Of a stretch of 64,000 nucleotides of DNA, positions 63,793 to 64,000 are shown piece by piece. A program made the translations under genes and the position numbers. The DNA is from Malacoraja senta (Eukaryota). Every line of letters starts with the position of its first letter. The stretch's first letter is position 1. The notes below the pieces were generated by a model that ran no database searches, had not been told where the DNA came from, and saw nothing but the letters and a program-made list of their open reading frames with translations. The stretch covers positions 7,752,001 to 7,816,000 of the forward strand of contig CM075996.1 of assembly GCA_038087875.1 (NCBI GenBank), given 5' to 3'.

Positions 63793-64000
63793 AAGATGAG
63801 GAGACATTTATTTAGTCAGAGGGTGGTGAATCTGTGGAATTATTTGCCACAGAAGGCTGTGGAGGCCGTTGGTAGATATTTTTAAGGCAGAGATGGATAG
63901 ATTCCTGATTAGTACGGGTTATGGGGAGAAGGCAGGAGAATGGGGTTAGGAGAGAGAGATAGATCGGCCCTTATTGAATGGCGGAGTAGACTTGATAATA
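63793..64000 (+). mobile_element. CR1 LINE 3' fragment (runs off window)
   Basis: QRVVNLWNYLPQKAVEA and 3'UTR. Confidence 0.8.

Overview
Vertebrate genomic DNA, very probably from a cartilaginous fish (skate/ray-like, inferred from HE1-type V-SINEs and their CR1/HER1 partner LINE). One protein-coding gene is supported: a mitochondrial thioredoxin (TXN2-like, + strand). It has a putative non-coding exon 1 in a CpG-rich, possibly bidirectional promoter (~28.05-28.46 kb) and coding exons 32591-32868, 51938-52061 and 57522-57632, giving 170 aa with a WCGPC active site and an unusual Asp->Asn just upstream of it. The rest is dense with transposable elements: Penelope-like (GIY-YIG) fragments and many short derivatives with hammerhead-ribozyme-like cores, HE1 SINEs, CR1, Rex1/Babar, RTE, Tx1 and L2 fragments, ten Harbinger-type MITEs, hAT MITEs and a Tc1 relic. 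The most notable observations are a compact HDV-like ribozyme fold at the 5' end of a ~130-bp TSD-flanked retroelement (52522-52655, -), dispersed and tandem hammerhead cores, and a series of hAT elements collapsed to 12-23 bp with TSDs intact. Most ORFs in the supplied track are spurious. Repeat boundaries were read by eye and are approximate unless TSDs are quoted; family names come from recalled motifs, not database searches.
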